NCBI GenBank assembly: GCA_964016885.1
Contig: OZ024740.1
Coordinates: forward strand, 59,396,001-59,460,000
DNA length: 64,000 nt
Source: Eledone cirrhosa
Taxonomy: Eukaryota
Reading direction: 5' to 3'
Position numbers and translations under genes: made by a program. Each line of letters starts with the position of its first letter. Position 1 is the first letter of the stretch. Shown one piece after another: positions 42,745 to 58,293 of the stretch. The notes below the pieces were generated by a model. It had not been told where the DNA came from. It made no database searches and worked only from the letters and a program-made list of their open reading frames with translations.

Positions 42745-43790
42745 ACCTAACATAAACTTCAGGAAACGAGACAGGGAAATGGTTGTAAATGTCAAGTTTT
42801 TTCCTGGGAAAGAATGTACTTCCCAGAATAGATTAGTTATCAGTGACTTTAGAGTAAGAGCTAGGTGGACCAAACGACCAAGACCAGTCTGGAGAAGGAA
42901 GATATGGAATCTGAGAGAACCGTCTATAGGTAACAAATTCAGAGAAATCCTACTTGATACCTATGACAATAAGAAAGCTAGTTACGGACATTTAACAATG
43001 GGAATTTCTACATGACAACCTACTGGAAGCCTCAAACCAGGTTTGCAGCTGGAATGAGGTGATGTGGGGGTGGAATAATATGGTAGAAAGAGCCACTTCA
43101 ACAAAAAGACAAGCCTGGAGAGACTGGAGGAACAGAGGCCATCACTGAGGAGTTTAAAACAGGCATTCCATGGGAGCTTCTATATGCTGATGCCCTAGTC
43201 GTCAGGTGAATTTGTAGGAGAGTTAAAGGCCAAATTTCAAGTATGGAAGAAGAACCTAGTGTTAAAAGGCCTAAAAGTAAACTTAGCAAAGAAGAAAATG
43301 TTCATAAGTACAAAAGAGGACAGGAGGTTAATATCAGGGAAGTAGCCCTGTTCAATATGTCAGAAAAGGGTAGGTAGCAATTCCATAAGGTGCACACAGT
43401 ATAATTTATGGATGGACAAGAGATGTAGTGAGATTGCAGGCAGGCCAAACAGATTTTTTATGTAGCAGATGCACAGGATAGTTAAGCACTAAGAGTATAT
43501 GTGAAACCAACACCTTCAGTTGCCAGGGAGGCCTCATATAAGTTGTTGACAGCTTTTGTTACCAAGGTGATCAAATGAACAGTGGGTGTGCACTGAAAGT
43601 GTGATAGTTAGGATAAGAACAGGCTGGAAGAATTGTTTAGAGAGCTGTTACCTCTGCTGACTACAAAGGGTAGACTGTATGATGCCTGTGTGTGAACTGC
43701 AATGCCACATGACAATGAGACATAGGTCTTGTTAGTGTGCATGAACAACATAAAAGCAAACTGAGAGAAAAACTTGGCATAAATGTAACC
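42745..43790 (+). mobile_element. Old fragmented RTE LINE
   Basis: GKECTSQNRLVISDF and PWELLYADA remnants. Confidence 0.75.
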
Positions 43791-44467
43791 TGACTTATCC
43801 CTGTGTTCTGCCTTCCCTCCTTCCAGTAGTATTCTCTAACAGCTATCCTTACCAGCACTATATTCTCCCACTCTAGCCATATCCCCTCCAGTATCACTTC
43901 TTAGATGCTGCTCTTCTAAAGCCCTTAGATACCTGCACTATCACACCCTAGTGGCCACTCTCTTCCCCCTTATGTGCCCCACCCATTTCTCATCCACTAT
44001 CACTCTTCAGCTATTCTCCCCATCATCATCATCATCATCACCGTTTTACGTCCGTTCTTCCACGCTAGCATGGGTTAGACGGGTTGTCCTGTTGTGGGCA
44101 GTGTCTGGTCGGCTGACCATGCCTTGCTCATACAGAAACTGATTCTGGCCTGATTTCTACAGCTGGATGCCCTTCCTAACACCAACCTCATTTACAGTGA
44201 GTGCTGGGTGCTTTTTCGTGGCGCCTACACGTCCACTTTACAGTGTGGGCTGGGTGCTTTTTCGTGGCGCCTACACGTCCACTCTACACTATTTGCTATT
44301 GACCAAATCATGCATGCCCCTTCCTTCACCACTATCACTGTTTCAGTGTTCTCACTACACTATCCCCTCACCCCTATGTTATCAAACATCACCCCTTCCC
44401 CTTCCATACTCACCACCCTGTCAAATCATACCATACTTGCCACAACTTCATATATAGTGTTTTTTAA

Positions 44468-44685
44468 CCCTTTTGTATTTAAACTGGTCATATTTAGCCA
44501 GAAGTCTCTTACCTCTTTCTGTTCAAACCAGTTGTAACTGACTGCTCATACTTATATTAGGTATTGTTCTCAAAAATAAATATCAAAATCTCATAGATTC
44601 GATATTATGTGAGATAATTATGTGAGGTAAAGACTTTACAGTGAAAATATGATAGTTAATATAGAGTAATGCAAATTCTAATGGG
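44468..44685. mobile_element. piggyBac-like MITE, third copy
   Basis: TTAA-CCC...GGG-TCAA; homologous to 35286-35481. Confidence 0.6.
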
Positions 44686-45112
44686 TCAATGTAAAATAAA
44701 ATTATTATTAGAATGTCTAGCCGCTGTATCAATATGAATAAAATTTTCCTGGAGATAGATTAGCAAAATTTAATAAGCGGGGGCATTGATCAAGATCTGA
44801 GAGTACAGGAGTTGATATAATCAACAAAAGGCCTTGATGGTCGTGCTCCAGTATGACCACAGTTCTATTATTGAAGTCAGTAAAAGATAAAAAGTACAAT
44901 GAAACACTCACACATATACATTCTTCTTATAGTAGTTCAGCTTAAACATTGCTTAATAATACTGCAGCTCTTTGATGTATGTTGGCATTTTGTAGATGAG
45001 AGTCTTTGATGTAATTAATACCAGTCTTGTGTCTTTCTTGAATTTATGATGCATTAGGAATGTTGTACAACTGATTGTCTAACAGAAGTCTCAAAATCAG
45101 TTTCATAGACAA

Positions 45113-45148
<36 letters not shown>

Positions 45149-45222
45149 GTATGTATATATGCATATTATCATCATCATCATCATCATTTTTTAACGTCTA
45201 TTCTGTAGAAGCTTTTCTATAT

Positions 45223-45257
<35 letters not shown>

Positions 45258-45618
45258 ATAATTATAAATTTGAAGACTAAAATCCAAAGAGGGCTCGTTT
45301 TTCCGTTCATTGCCAAAGAACGTCTCCATGAACCAACTAATAGAATATTAGTCTACGACTTCATTTATACCATAAACGTGGTTTTGTCTTTGCGTGTAAT
45401 TGTTTTCACCGCACCAAATAGTGATGTATTATGTTCGTTTTTTTTCCGTTCTTTGCCAGGGAACATTTCCATGAACCAAAGTATGGTCTTCCTGTCTTCC
45501 TTCGGTTGCAACGTCTTTTGAAATATTTACTTCTGCGTTCACAGATTGACTTTTTTAGTTTCAGAAGATACCGTTAAGGGTGAAAGCAGCGATTCTTTGC
45601 TTAAACTTTAATCTGTTA

Positions 45619-45662
<44 letters not shown>

Positions 45663-45678
<16 letters not shown>

Positions 45679-45950
45679 GAAAATATTGTGTACAGTGCTC
45701 AGGTGCACTACAACTCATCAAAAGTATGTATAGTACATAGGGTAATGTACAAACATCAGGAAAATGAACAGAGCATGAGTCATGATACACACATGTGTGC
45801 ATGTGTATGGAAGGAGGACATCAGGTGTAGTTTTGGCGAATTTCGGGAAGCATGAGGGTTTTAAAGGATGCAGTGTCTCGGCAGCTAATGAAGCATGAGG
45901 GTTTTAAAGGATGCAGTGTCTCGGCAGCTAATAACTGATGCACGCAGTAT
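45663..45950 (-). mobile_element. CR1/L2-like LINE 3' end with (TTA)n tail
   Basis: Homologous to 58255-58820, whose minus strand reads NKLPASVISCQDTASFK, a typical CR1-group C-terminus. Confidence 0.6.
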
Positions 45951-46145
45951 GTGTATGTATATATATATATGTATATATATATGTATAACTAGATCAGCTA
46001 ACAACTGACGCAGGCAGTATGTATATGTATATATATATATGTATATATATATATGTATAACTAGATCTACAAAACCAAATTGTAAAATTGTAATATAAAA
46101 TTAAATTAAATTGTTTAGAACCACAAATGAAGCCATTCTTTTCCT

Positions 46146-46228
<83 letters not shown>

Positions 46229-46252
46229 TGTATATATATATGTATATATGTA

Positions 46253-46365
<113 letters not shown>

Positions 46366-46495
46366 ATTATTATTATTTGAAATGTTAGCTATCGCCGTAT
46401 TTTGACTAAAGCAATTAAAGAAATTATTTAGCCTGATAGTGGGGTTAAGAACCCTCGGAGAAATGGAAAAAGATGAGTATTGACGTACATGGGAG

Positions 46496-46533
<38 letters not shown>

Positions 46534-46751
46534 GGTAACAGATTATTGTTGTAGGTAGTCCACTTAGGTGTAGTCCAGTTAGGGTACACCGAGTAGTGGG
46601 TGATATCAACGCTTGGCTAAGTTCGACTCGATAAGGCGTTTCCATAGTGATGTTGCGAGTACGCGGTAATTCCTATGTTGTTAACACTTGGAGTAATGAT
46701 AATTCAGGAAAGAAGAGTGACACGGTTTGCTATACAAAAAAGCTTTTTAAT

Positions 46752-46870
46752 CTCATTGCTGACAATTGTTTCTCTGAACTGGTAGGTCTAGAGATCGCTA
46801 CCCGCTTCTTTTCACGTCATTCGATCACCAATACATAGTTATAACCAGTCAATTCATCGGAGCTTGTGAG
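46752..46870 (-). ncRNA. Type I hammerhead-like motif with ~80-nt helix II domain (CCGATGA core)
   Basis: CTCAcaaGCT-CCGATGA-atTGACTGGT...ACCAGTTCAga-GAAA-CAATTG-TC-AGCaaTGAG, inside the (TA)n-flanked element 46532-46899. Confidence 0.6.
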
Positions 46871-46896
46871 AATAGCAAACTGTGTCACTCTTCTTT

Positions 46897-46944
<48 letters not shown>

Positions 46945-46951
<7 letters not shown>

Positions 46952-47267
46952 CTAAAATAAGGAGCAGATATTCCAATAGCCTGGGATTCAAGGGCACTCA
47001 ACTCTTCAACAAGCTGCTGAGGGATCTGAGAGATCTGCATGGTGTGGAGGTGGATGTCTTCAAGAAACATCTCGACACCTTGCTATCCAGAATCCCGCAT
47101 GAGCCCACAGCAAGGCACGAGGGAAACCTAAGGGCAGCAGCAACAAACTCCCTCTTACACCAGTGGCCAACCAATACAGGCTGGAAATAGAATGTGTAGC
47201 AACAAGGGCGGTGCCCCAGCATGGCCTCAGCCGGATGGCTGGAACAGGTAAAAGAGTAAAAGAGTAA
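46945..47267 (+). mobile_element. CR1-group LINE 3' fragment
   Basis: FKGTQLFNKL...VDVFKKHLDTLLSRIPHEP...RAAATNSL, with a (TAAAAGAG)n-type tail also seen at 34465-34530. Confidence 0.7.
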
Positions 47268-47548
47268 TATATATATATGTGTGTGTGTGTATATATATAT
47301 TTATTTGTGTTGCAAGGTTTTTGATATGAAATAGTATGATGAAACAAATATTTGGGGAGGGACATTTTGTTATAATATTGCCAAAAATAATAATAGAACT
47401 CACTCACTGTTTGGTTTGGTTTTCGTTTCTGTATCTTTTATATCTCCATAGTTAATTTAAATATATATATATTATATGTATATGTGTTGGTTGAAACATT
47501 TGTAAATCAAATAATTTAATGTAATTTAATCCTGGTTATGTTTATCAC

Positions 47549-47661
47549 CAGTATCCTGATGATTTGATCAGGTATGGACTGTAATTAAGGTCGAGTGACG
47601 TAACTTCTTGCAATCAGCGACTTTTAGACTCACCTGATTAAAGAAACAATTGTTAATACTG
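47549..47661 (+). ncRNA. Type I hammerhead with ~80-nt helix II domain
   Basis: CAGTATc-CTGATGA-TTTGATCAGGT...ACCTGATTAAA-GAAA-CAATTG-TT-aATACTG, then AATAAA; 11-bp helix II base. Confidence 0.7.
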
Positions 47662-47829
47662 TAAATAAACCCTATTGTACAGTCAACCATGTTATTCTTG
47701 ATTCTTTTGCTAAGGAAACTTCTTGTTGAGTCAAACAACGCCGTACGTTAAAACTATCCTCAACACAGAGTACTCACAACCTTTGGCTGGATTACCTTAA
47801 ATGATACCTTGTTATCCTATATACACCAT

Positions 47830-49682
<1,853 letters not shown>

Positions 49683-49916
49683 TATATACATATATATGTA
49701 TGGTGTATATGTATATATATATACAGTCCACACTGTAAACGCAGTCCACACTGTAAACGTGGTTGGTGTTAGGAAGGGCATCCAGCCGTAGAAAACCCGC
49801 CAGACAGTCCTATGCGAGCAAGACAACCACTCTTGCCTCAAGTGGGAAAACTCCCGTCCAAACCCATGCAAGCGTGGAAGATGGACGTTAAACGATGATG
49901 ATGATGATGATGATAC

Positions 49917-49983
<67 letters not shown>

Positions 49984-50410
49984 TATATGTGTGTGTCTAT
50001 ATATATATATATATTTATATGGAAACATATACATACACACACATACACATATACATAATATCACACACACATACATATATACATATACACACACATACAC
50101 ACATATATGTATATATACACCTATATACACACATTCTTAACTACATTGGTTTGGATCGACAACCAATGTGGTTGAGAATCAGCATGCAGAATTTTAATGA
50201 GAAAAAACAATTTAACCTGATAACAAATGTTTTGATAATCCAATATGGAGAAAGCAGGCTCTGCCAAACATCAAATTGTGTACAGGTTATAAAGATCCTA
50301 TCTATATATACCAGGTCCACTTTTCAAACCTTTTTTTTTTGTAATCATTTTCTTTATAAAATCATGATTTGTATAGAACGTTTTCTAATGTCCACATTCG
50401 TTTTCACTAA

Positions 50411-50443
<33 letters not shown>

Positions 50444-53400
50444 TTTACGTCCGCTTTTCCCTGCTTGCAAGGGTGGGACGAGTCTTATACAGCACAGCAT
50501 CTCTCCACTCGTCACGGTCATTCGTCATCTCCACCGTGAGCTTTAATGATCTGAGGTCTGTTCTCACCACCTCCGCCCATGTTTTTCGTGGTATACCTCT
50601 ACCACGGCTTCCTTCAACTGGCATTTCCTGGCACTTCTTCACCCATCGGTCATCCTCCATGCGCATCACATGTCCATACCACCTCAGTCTCCTCTCCCGT
50701 ACACTACATTCTATCTCTCTCAGACACAGTTTCTCTCTCAACACATTTATGCTGGGTCGTTCACGCACATTTACACTGCACATCCAACGGAGCATGCTTG
50801 CCTCATTTCTCTCCAGCCGTCGCATATCCTCTGCGGTTGCTGCCCATGTCTCACTACCATGCAGCATCGCGCTCCTCACACAGGCATCATACAACCGGCC
50901 TTTCGTACGCAGGGAGAAACCCTTCTTCGTCAACAGAGGAAGCAGCTCCCTAAACTTCTTCCAACCCGTCCTTATTCTAGATACTATGGCCTCGGAACAC
51001 CCTCCTCCCATGCTAATCTGATCTCCTAGGTACCGGACGCTATCCACCACTTCTATAGCGCCCTCCTGCATTTGAAAAATGTGTCTGCCAATGCGACTTC
51101 TACTGTCTAATTTCCCTGTACATCTACTGCATACATATTTCTCCCTACCTGTTAGTTTGCCTGCTATCCCGCTACATCTCTTGTGTACCCAGGATCCGCA
51201 TTGTGTGCATTTTATAGAATTTATGCCAGTTCCTTTTCTGCATATCGAACATGGCCATTTCCCTGACGGAATCAGGGTTTTGTCCTCTTTTCTACTCATC
51301 AACACTTTTGTCTTAGCTAGGTTCACTCTCAGAGCCTCTTGCTTCCAACTGCTGTTTCCATAGCCAGAATTTATTCTCTAGCTCCTCTACTGATTCTGCT
51401 ATAAGAACCAGATCGTCAGCATAGAGAAGTTCCCATGGACAGCTAGTCTTAAACTCCTCTGTCATGGCTTGGAGGACTATAATGAACAAGAGCGGGCTGA
51501 GGACCGAACCCTGATGTACTCCTACTTGTATCTGGAATTCCTCACTAAACTCCATTCCTACCCTGACTTTACTGAGAGTACCTCTGTACAAAGTTTGCAC
51601 TGTCCTCACAAGCCATTTCTCAACACCTTGCTTCCTTAGGGACCACCAGATGACAGATCGGGCTACCCTATCAAAGGCCTTCTTTAGGTCACCAAAGGCT
51701 AAGTATAGTGGCTTATTTTTCTCTAAGAACCTCTCTTGCAATTGTCTCACCAAGAACAGGGCATCTGTTGTACTCTTCCCAGGCACAAAACCAAACTGCA
51801 TCTCATCTAGTTTGAGCCTTTCTCTAATTAGTTGTGCTAATATCCATTCTGCCACTTTCATAACCTGATCTATCAGTTTTATACCCCTATAATTGCTCCT
51901 CTCCAGAGCATCCCCTTTACCTTTGTAGCAATTTATGAGAATACTGCTACACCAGTCTTTGGGTTATACACCACCATATATAGCCTGATTGACGATGTGT
52001 GCAACCAGTTTAGTGCCTACGTCCCCTGATGCATTCAGCATCTCAGCAACTATTCCCGATGGTCCAGCAGCCTTACCATTTTTCATTTCCCTAATCGCCT
52101 CTTGGACCCTATATTCGTCAATCTCAATAGCTGGTCCCTCTGTCGGATCTACTAAGGGTAATTTCTCTCTCCCCATTCGTTCTCCACATTCATCAGTCTC
52201 TCATAATGACATTTCCAGGCCTCCTTTTTCTGATCATTCGTGACACTAAGTACACCGGCATCATCCCGGACACATTTATCTCCAACAACATCCTGATTTG
52301 CATTGACACACTGCCTTGCAATGTGGAAGACCGCACGCCTCTGATCTTCCCGTCGCAGAACATTGGCAAACCTCCTACTCTCCGTCTCCCTGCGTGCTAA
52401 GTACACCTGACGTCTAGCTTCTCTCTTAGTGGCTGTATATTCTTCCCTACTCCCACCCCTTTTCCAAGCCTTCCATGCTAGTCTTTTGTCTCTAATGGCC
52501 TTATCTACTGTGCTGTTCCACCACCAGGCCACTCTCTGTCTGGTTGGAGCTCTGCTCCAGCCACAAGTTTCATCAGTAGTCTGCAGCAAGTTGTCACGTA
52601 AGAAATTCCAGTTATTATCTATGTCATACGTCTCTAAATCGTCTTCTTTTTCGTCATATACATCTTGAAGGGCTTTCCTAAATTTGTATTTTAGTGAAAT
52701 GTCTTTTAGCTTCCAGACCTTTCTTCTCCACACCTTCCTATATGTCTCATTCCATCTCTTGCTTACTGAGATATCACTAACAACTAACCTATGCTGTTGG
52801 GTACATTCTTCCCCAGGGTATGCCATGGTATGAGACACTATCTGCCTGTCCCGCTGCCTAACTAGTAAGAAGTCTATCTGGCTTATGTGCTCACCTGATT
52901 TGTAGGTTATTAGGTGATTGGCAGGTTTCTGGAAGTTTATGTTACAAATAGTCAATGTACATGCATCACAAAATTCAAGAAGTCTTCATTTCTTGATCCG
53001 TAACCGTGCCCACCATGTACCCCAGTGTAACCATCCTGGAGCTGTCCAACATGACCATTGAAGTCTCCTGCTAGCATAACGATGTCTCCGTCCTCTGTCA
53101 TTGCGGTTGTTTGTAAAAGTTGCTCGTAAAAGCAGTCTTTCTCATCTTTGCCTAGACCTGCTTGGGGAGCATAGGCCGAGATGATTGTCAGTAGTCTCCT
53201 GCCTACAACTAATCTAAGCTTAATTATTCGATTACTAACTCGAACTACCTCTATTGTCTTATTGATCCATTTCTCAGCCAGGAAAATGCCTACTCCCCCT
53301 AACCTATCATCCTTACCTACCCAGAATAGCTTATAGCTAAGACGTTTGCCTACGACTAGTCTCGCAGAGGCACCTCTCCATCTCACCTCTTGCACGCAGC

Positions 53401-53660
53401 AAACATCCACCTGCCTTCTCTCCAGCATCTCCGCTATTTCAGCAGATCTACCTCTGAGAGTGCCAACATTAAGTGTTGCAACTCTGAGATGCGACGTCTT
53501 CATATTTTGTTGTTGTTCCTATTAGTTGCTGTGCTGATAAGCGTTTTGGCATTGATACACTGGTTGGATGCCCTTCCTAACACCAGCGCCACTTTACAGC
53601 ATGGACTGGGTGCTTTTATTTGTGCCACCAGCACTAGAGAGGATGTCTCACTAGACACAA
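50411..53660 (-). mobile_element. Near full-length RTE LINE (APE endonuclease + RT), frameshifted
   Basis: 52952-53503 reads LRVATLNVGTL...VQEVRW...SAYAPQ...GDFNGHVG (APE). RT motifs occur in 51313-52176, the C-terminus is at 50445-51326, and there is a (GAT)n tail. Confidence 0.93.
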
Positions 53661-53830
53661 GGGCCCTCTCTACCCCCCCCCCATTTTACAGCATGGTCAT
53701 TAAAAAAAAAAAAAAAAAACTTATTGACATGACGCACACACACACACTCACACACCAACACTCATGCATACAAACCACAAACACACACACGCCACTCACA
53801 TACTAACACTCATTCATGCATACAAACACA

Positions 53831-53911
<81 letters not shown>

Positions 53912-53967
53912 ATATATTCGAGGTAACTTTTTTATTTATATATATATGTATATATATGTATGTATAT

Positions 53968-54960
53968 GTCCTTTCAAGGACCGGAGCAAGAGGCACTCTA
54001 CTAGGCTGGCAGACCTGGTGTGGGACTTGAAAGAAAAAGGCACCCCATATAACATCCACTGGAGAATCGTTCGGCATGCGAATGCATATTCGGCTGGAAA
54101 TAGAAAGTGTAGCCTATGGCTATCCGAGGCCATGGAGATAGTCAGACTGAAGGATGATGCGGTCAACCTGAAATCGGAAATAAGCATGACGTGCAGACAC
54201 CAGAGAAGGTGCACACTCTCCGCATGGAATCCACCAGGCAGCCCAAGCTAAAGGCATGCGGGGGACCGCACGCTGGCCAGAGTGGGAAAACAGGTTCAAA
54301 GGATCAGACACCATACCCTGTTGACTATATATGCCCCGTGGGGTAATCTGACGTAACCCAGGATGCCTACCCAACTCTGCACATCACCCTCGGCAAAAAC
54401 ATCGCCTGAGCCGAGACAAGTTGACCCAAATTCCACTGATATTCAGTCCAGTGCCTTACACCAATAAGACACTATACCTCAACCACAGTGACATACTCCA
54501 GTATGGCCTGTCCACCCCCCCCTGCATGTGTATCTTTTCAGTAGAGAGTACATACTCTCCACGCATTCCATTTTGTAACACCTAATGTATTTTCCGTATA
54601 CAGGCCCACGTGTGTATCTCATACTTCTCTTGTATACTATCTCATATGCATACACTTTCCTTCTTCTTTTTTATATATATTCTGCACACACTTACTATGT
54701 ACGGTCTGAGCATACTATGTACTGTAATACCATGAACGCAGATTATGTGGCTTTGCATGAGGATTCCATACGTGGATTGATCCATGTTTGCAACGTAACA
54801 ACATCTCTGTAGGCACATATAACAAGGTGCACCCTTTCGCGTATAGCTCACTGTGTATCTTTATGTGCCGTTATATGTATATTTTTATAACAAGATGCAT
54901 CCTTTCATGTATGACCCATTGTGTATCTTTATATGACTTTGTGTGTATATCCTTTTTATG
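53968..54960 (+). mobile_element. PLE 3' fragment: GIY-YIG C-terminus plus 3' region with decayed hammerhead (54753-54793)
   Basis: STRLADLVWDLKEKG...IHWRI...AY...KCSL..SE...NLKSEISMTCRH aligns with the C-terminus of the ORF at 62.7-64 kb. Confidence 0.75.
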
Positions 54961-56240
54961 TATATATCATCATCATCATCATCATCATCATCGTTTAACG
55001 TCCATGTTCCACGCTTGCATGGGTTTGGACGGGAGTTTTCCCACTTGAGGCAAGAGTGGTTGTCTTGCTCGCATAGGACTGTCTGGCGGGTTTTCTACAG
55101 CTGGATGCCCTTCCTAACACCAACCACATTTACAGTGTGGGGCTGGCAGGTTTTTACCGTGTTGCCTACACGGCCACATTACAGCGTGGACTGTGTTTTT
55201 TTGTCGTGACACCTACACGATCTCATTTGTTTCGGCCTGGATGTTGTGGCACCAACATAACTGTACATTGAAAGGGGCGGTGTGGATGGGGTGGGGGTGG
55301 TGGGACGGGGGTGTATTTTGTTAGAGATGCCTACTGACTGTAGTAGGTTTTACTTTGTATTTAGGTAAGGCGGGTCTTCTCTATTACTGAGTACCGCCAA
55401 AGGTCTCGGTATATATATATATGTATTATTTTTATGCATGCGTGGGTGTGTATATGAATATTCGCATATTTGTAAGAGTGTATATGAGCCAGTGTGTGTG
55501 TGTACAAGCACCCGTGTAGGGAAAGGGCTTGTTTGTGTGTATATACGTGTGTTTGCGAGCGAGCGTGTATCTGTGTGTGTATATATGTATATGGGTACGT
55601 GTATATGTGTGTGCGTGGGTGGAGAGGGGGGGGGGGGGCTATGTATATGTCTGTACGTGTTTGTGTGTACGGGTATATATACACGTGTGCATGTGTATAT
55701 GTGTATGCACATGTATGTGTGTGTGTATGTTGATGTATATAGGCATGTGGGTATGTGTCTGTGTGTGTACGTGCCTCTCTGGATGCATGTATGTGTATAT
55801 TTATATATTCTCCTTAAATGTGTGTGTATAGCGGGCAACTATGCGTACAACTGTCATTATCTCTGTGTTTGTGTGTGTGTGTGTGCGTGGATATGGGAAC
55901 ACCCAAACACAGCAGTAATTTATTGAAGTGTAGCAGACATGGGACAGCTAACGCCCTGATGGTCAGCGGACTGGTACCTGTGGTCAGAATTATGATGACG
56001 TCGACAACCAGCGGCCAATCAGGACGCGCGAAGAGGATGAAGTTTTTGACGGTACTGGCCCAGAGGGTCAGACACCCCAGTGAGAGAATATGCTCCGAAA
56101 TCATTAGACGTGTCCGTCGAACCTGTGGGTCCAGAATCAGACAGATCCACACAATGATCACGTCTCGAGCTGTCCACCGGCGAAACAATTGTAACACACA
56201 ATAAATTGAGTTCCGATGCATCACTGATTTTTCGTTTTTT

Positions 56241-56288
<48 letters not shown>

Positions 56289-56333
56289 TACATACATATA
56301 TATATGCATACATATATATACACACATATATAC

Positions 56334-56389
<56 letters not shown>

Positions 56390-56685
56390 CATTGGCCTTG
56401 CAATCGAAAGGTTGTGAGTTCAATTCTCAGACCGAGTGATGTGTTGTTTCCTTGAGCAAGACACTTTATTTCACATTGCTCCAGTTTACTCAGCTGTAGA
56501 AGTTAGATGATAAGGACTGGGGTCCCTATCATTCCACTGTAAAGTGGTCGTGCAGGTGCCGCGGCAAAAAAGCACCCAGCACTCACTGTAAATGAGGTTG
56601 GTGTTAGGAAGGGCATCCAACTGTAGAAATCAAGCAAGAATCAGTTCCCACCCCACCCTTGCAAGCAGGGAAAAGTGGACGTAAA

Positions 56686-56720
<35 letters not shown>

Positions 56721-56750
56721 ATATATATATATATATATAAAGAAAGTTAC

Positions 56751-56983
56751 CTTGAATATTGTGTTTGAAGTGCGAGTGTATTAGAATTCGTAGAATAATT
56801 GGATGAACTCCATGCAAGGAGGCTGTTTAAACAGAAGAATGCCATCAATGACATGTGTATGCGTTTGTCTTTATGTGTGTCCCACTGATATTGCTTCAAC
56901 AGTGATGTTTGTTTATGTCCTGCATAATCAATGACACAGTAACGGCATCTGGCTGTAGAGGACTGCAGGTATGGGAAAGTGGA
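56751..56983 (-). other. Candidate host exon (233 bp)
   Basis: Unique sequence bounded by CTTTCTTTTTCAG (acceptor) and AAG/GTAACT (donor). One frame is open throughout (STFPYLQSS...QTQYS). The product was not recognised. Confidence 0.4.
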
Positions 56984-57099
56984 CTGAAAAAGAAAGATAC
57001 ACTTACACTTACACACACAAATATATATATATATATATATATATAAAGAGAGCAAGAGAGGCGGGAGAGAGAGGGTGTGGTAAGACACTAGGTGGACAA

Positions 57100-57482
57100 T
57101 AACACACCAGAGTACTCAATACTTAGGGTAGTAGAGTGGGTAATAGGAAAAGAGTCAGGACCCCGACGGCTGAGCTCCGGCTGTTTCGACAGCTAGATCT
57201 GAACTAAGCCCCCCACCTCTATGAAGGACTTTAACTATGTACACGACATTCTAGATCATTGACCACTCCCCATGACAGACAAGAAAAACAACAAACTTTT
57301 TGGATTTTTTGCTTAGATAGTTTTGCTTTTTTTGCTTTGACTGCATGCCCATATGTCCATATATGGACTCTACCCCTTGATAAGTTCAGCTAGATTCCCA
57401 CCGTTCTAACACTGGTGGCTTAGTTCGGATCTAGCTGTCAAAACGGCTGAAGCCTAGCCGTCAGGGTCCTGACTCTTTTCAT
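57100..57482 (-). mobile_element. Foldback PLE-type element; inverted arm holds a full-length U3-A8 hammerhead fold (57365-57469, +)
   Basis: GGAC..CCCC-TTGATAA-..CAGCTAGATT...GATCTAGCTG..-(A)AAA-CGGCT(GAAGCCT)AGCCG-TC-AGGGTCC. The other arm retains GAAA. Confidence 0.7.
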
Positions 57483-58129
57483 ATATATATATAAATGAAG
57501 TAATTCCGTAGGAAAGGTTCAGCAAAAAAGAGAGCTTATTATATATATAAATATATATATATAAAAAAGAGAGCTTATTATATATATAAATAAATATATA
57601 TATATGAATTTTCCTCAGGCGTTTCATCAAGCAACTTTTCATTGAAAGATGTTTAATCAAAATTACTTTTAATAGAATACACCTTTCACAGAACAATTTT
57701 ATATATGGTATCATTTATTAAACTACTTTTCATAGAATAAGTTTGTAAATATATCATTTTGTAGAATGATACGTTTTAATCAATATTCTTGTAATTTGTG
57801 TTTTACTCTTAACATACTGTAATGATTTATCACAAAATATTTAAAAGTAGGTTTGTTAATTTAAATATCTATAGTATCTTTACAAGAGGATAAACTGTCA
57901 TGAAAATTTGCAGTATTAGATCAAATACTTTCATTTTTAATGTGATGCAGTTAAAGTACTGTTTTGTGCCTTTCAAGAGTGTTTTGCTAATGTAGCTTTA
58001 TGAAATTAAGAGTTGTTATAATTTTGTATATCTCAAAACTGGAGATCAACCTGTAGTGTTACCTGTTGTGTTCAAATATGTTTTTGTTTGTGGTAATTTA
58101 CATTTCACATTAAATTTAATTTCTATGAA

Positions 58130-58249
58130 GATGTAATATGTTGGTTTTCAGAAGGTTCTGATTAAATGTTAAATTTAATTCCTATATAGAGGTAATATAT
58201 TGATTTTCAGAAGGCTCTAATTAGATGTTAAATTTAATTCCTATATGGA

Positions 58250-58293
<44 letters not shown>

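Noticed and set aside
55818-56204. 128-aa ORF in GC-rich island
   Set aside because: It begins in (GT)n and has no recognisable domain. The island is better explained as a structured non-coding repeat fragment.
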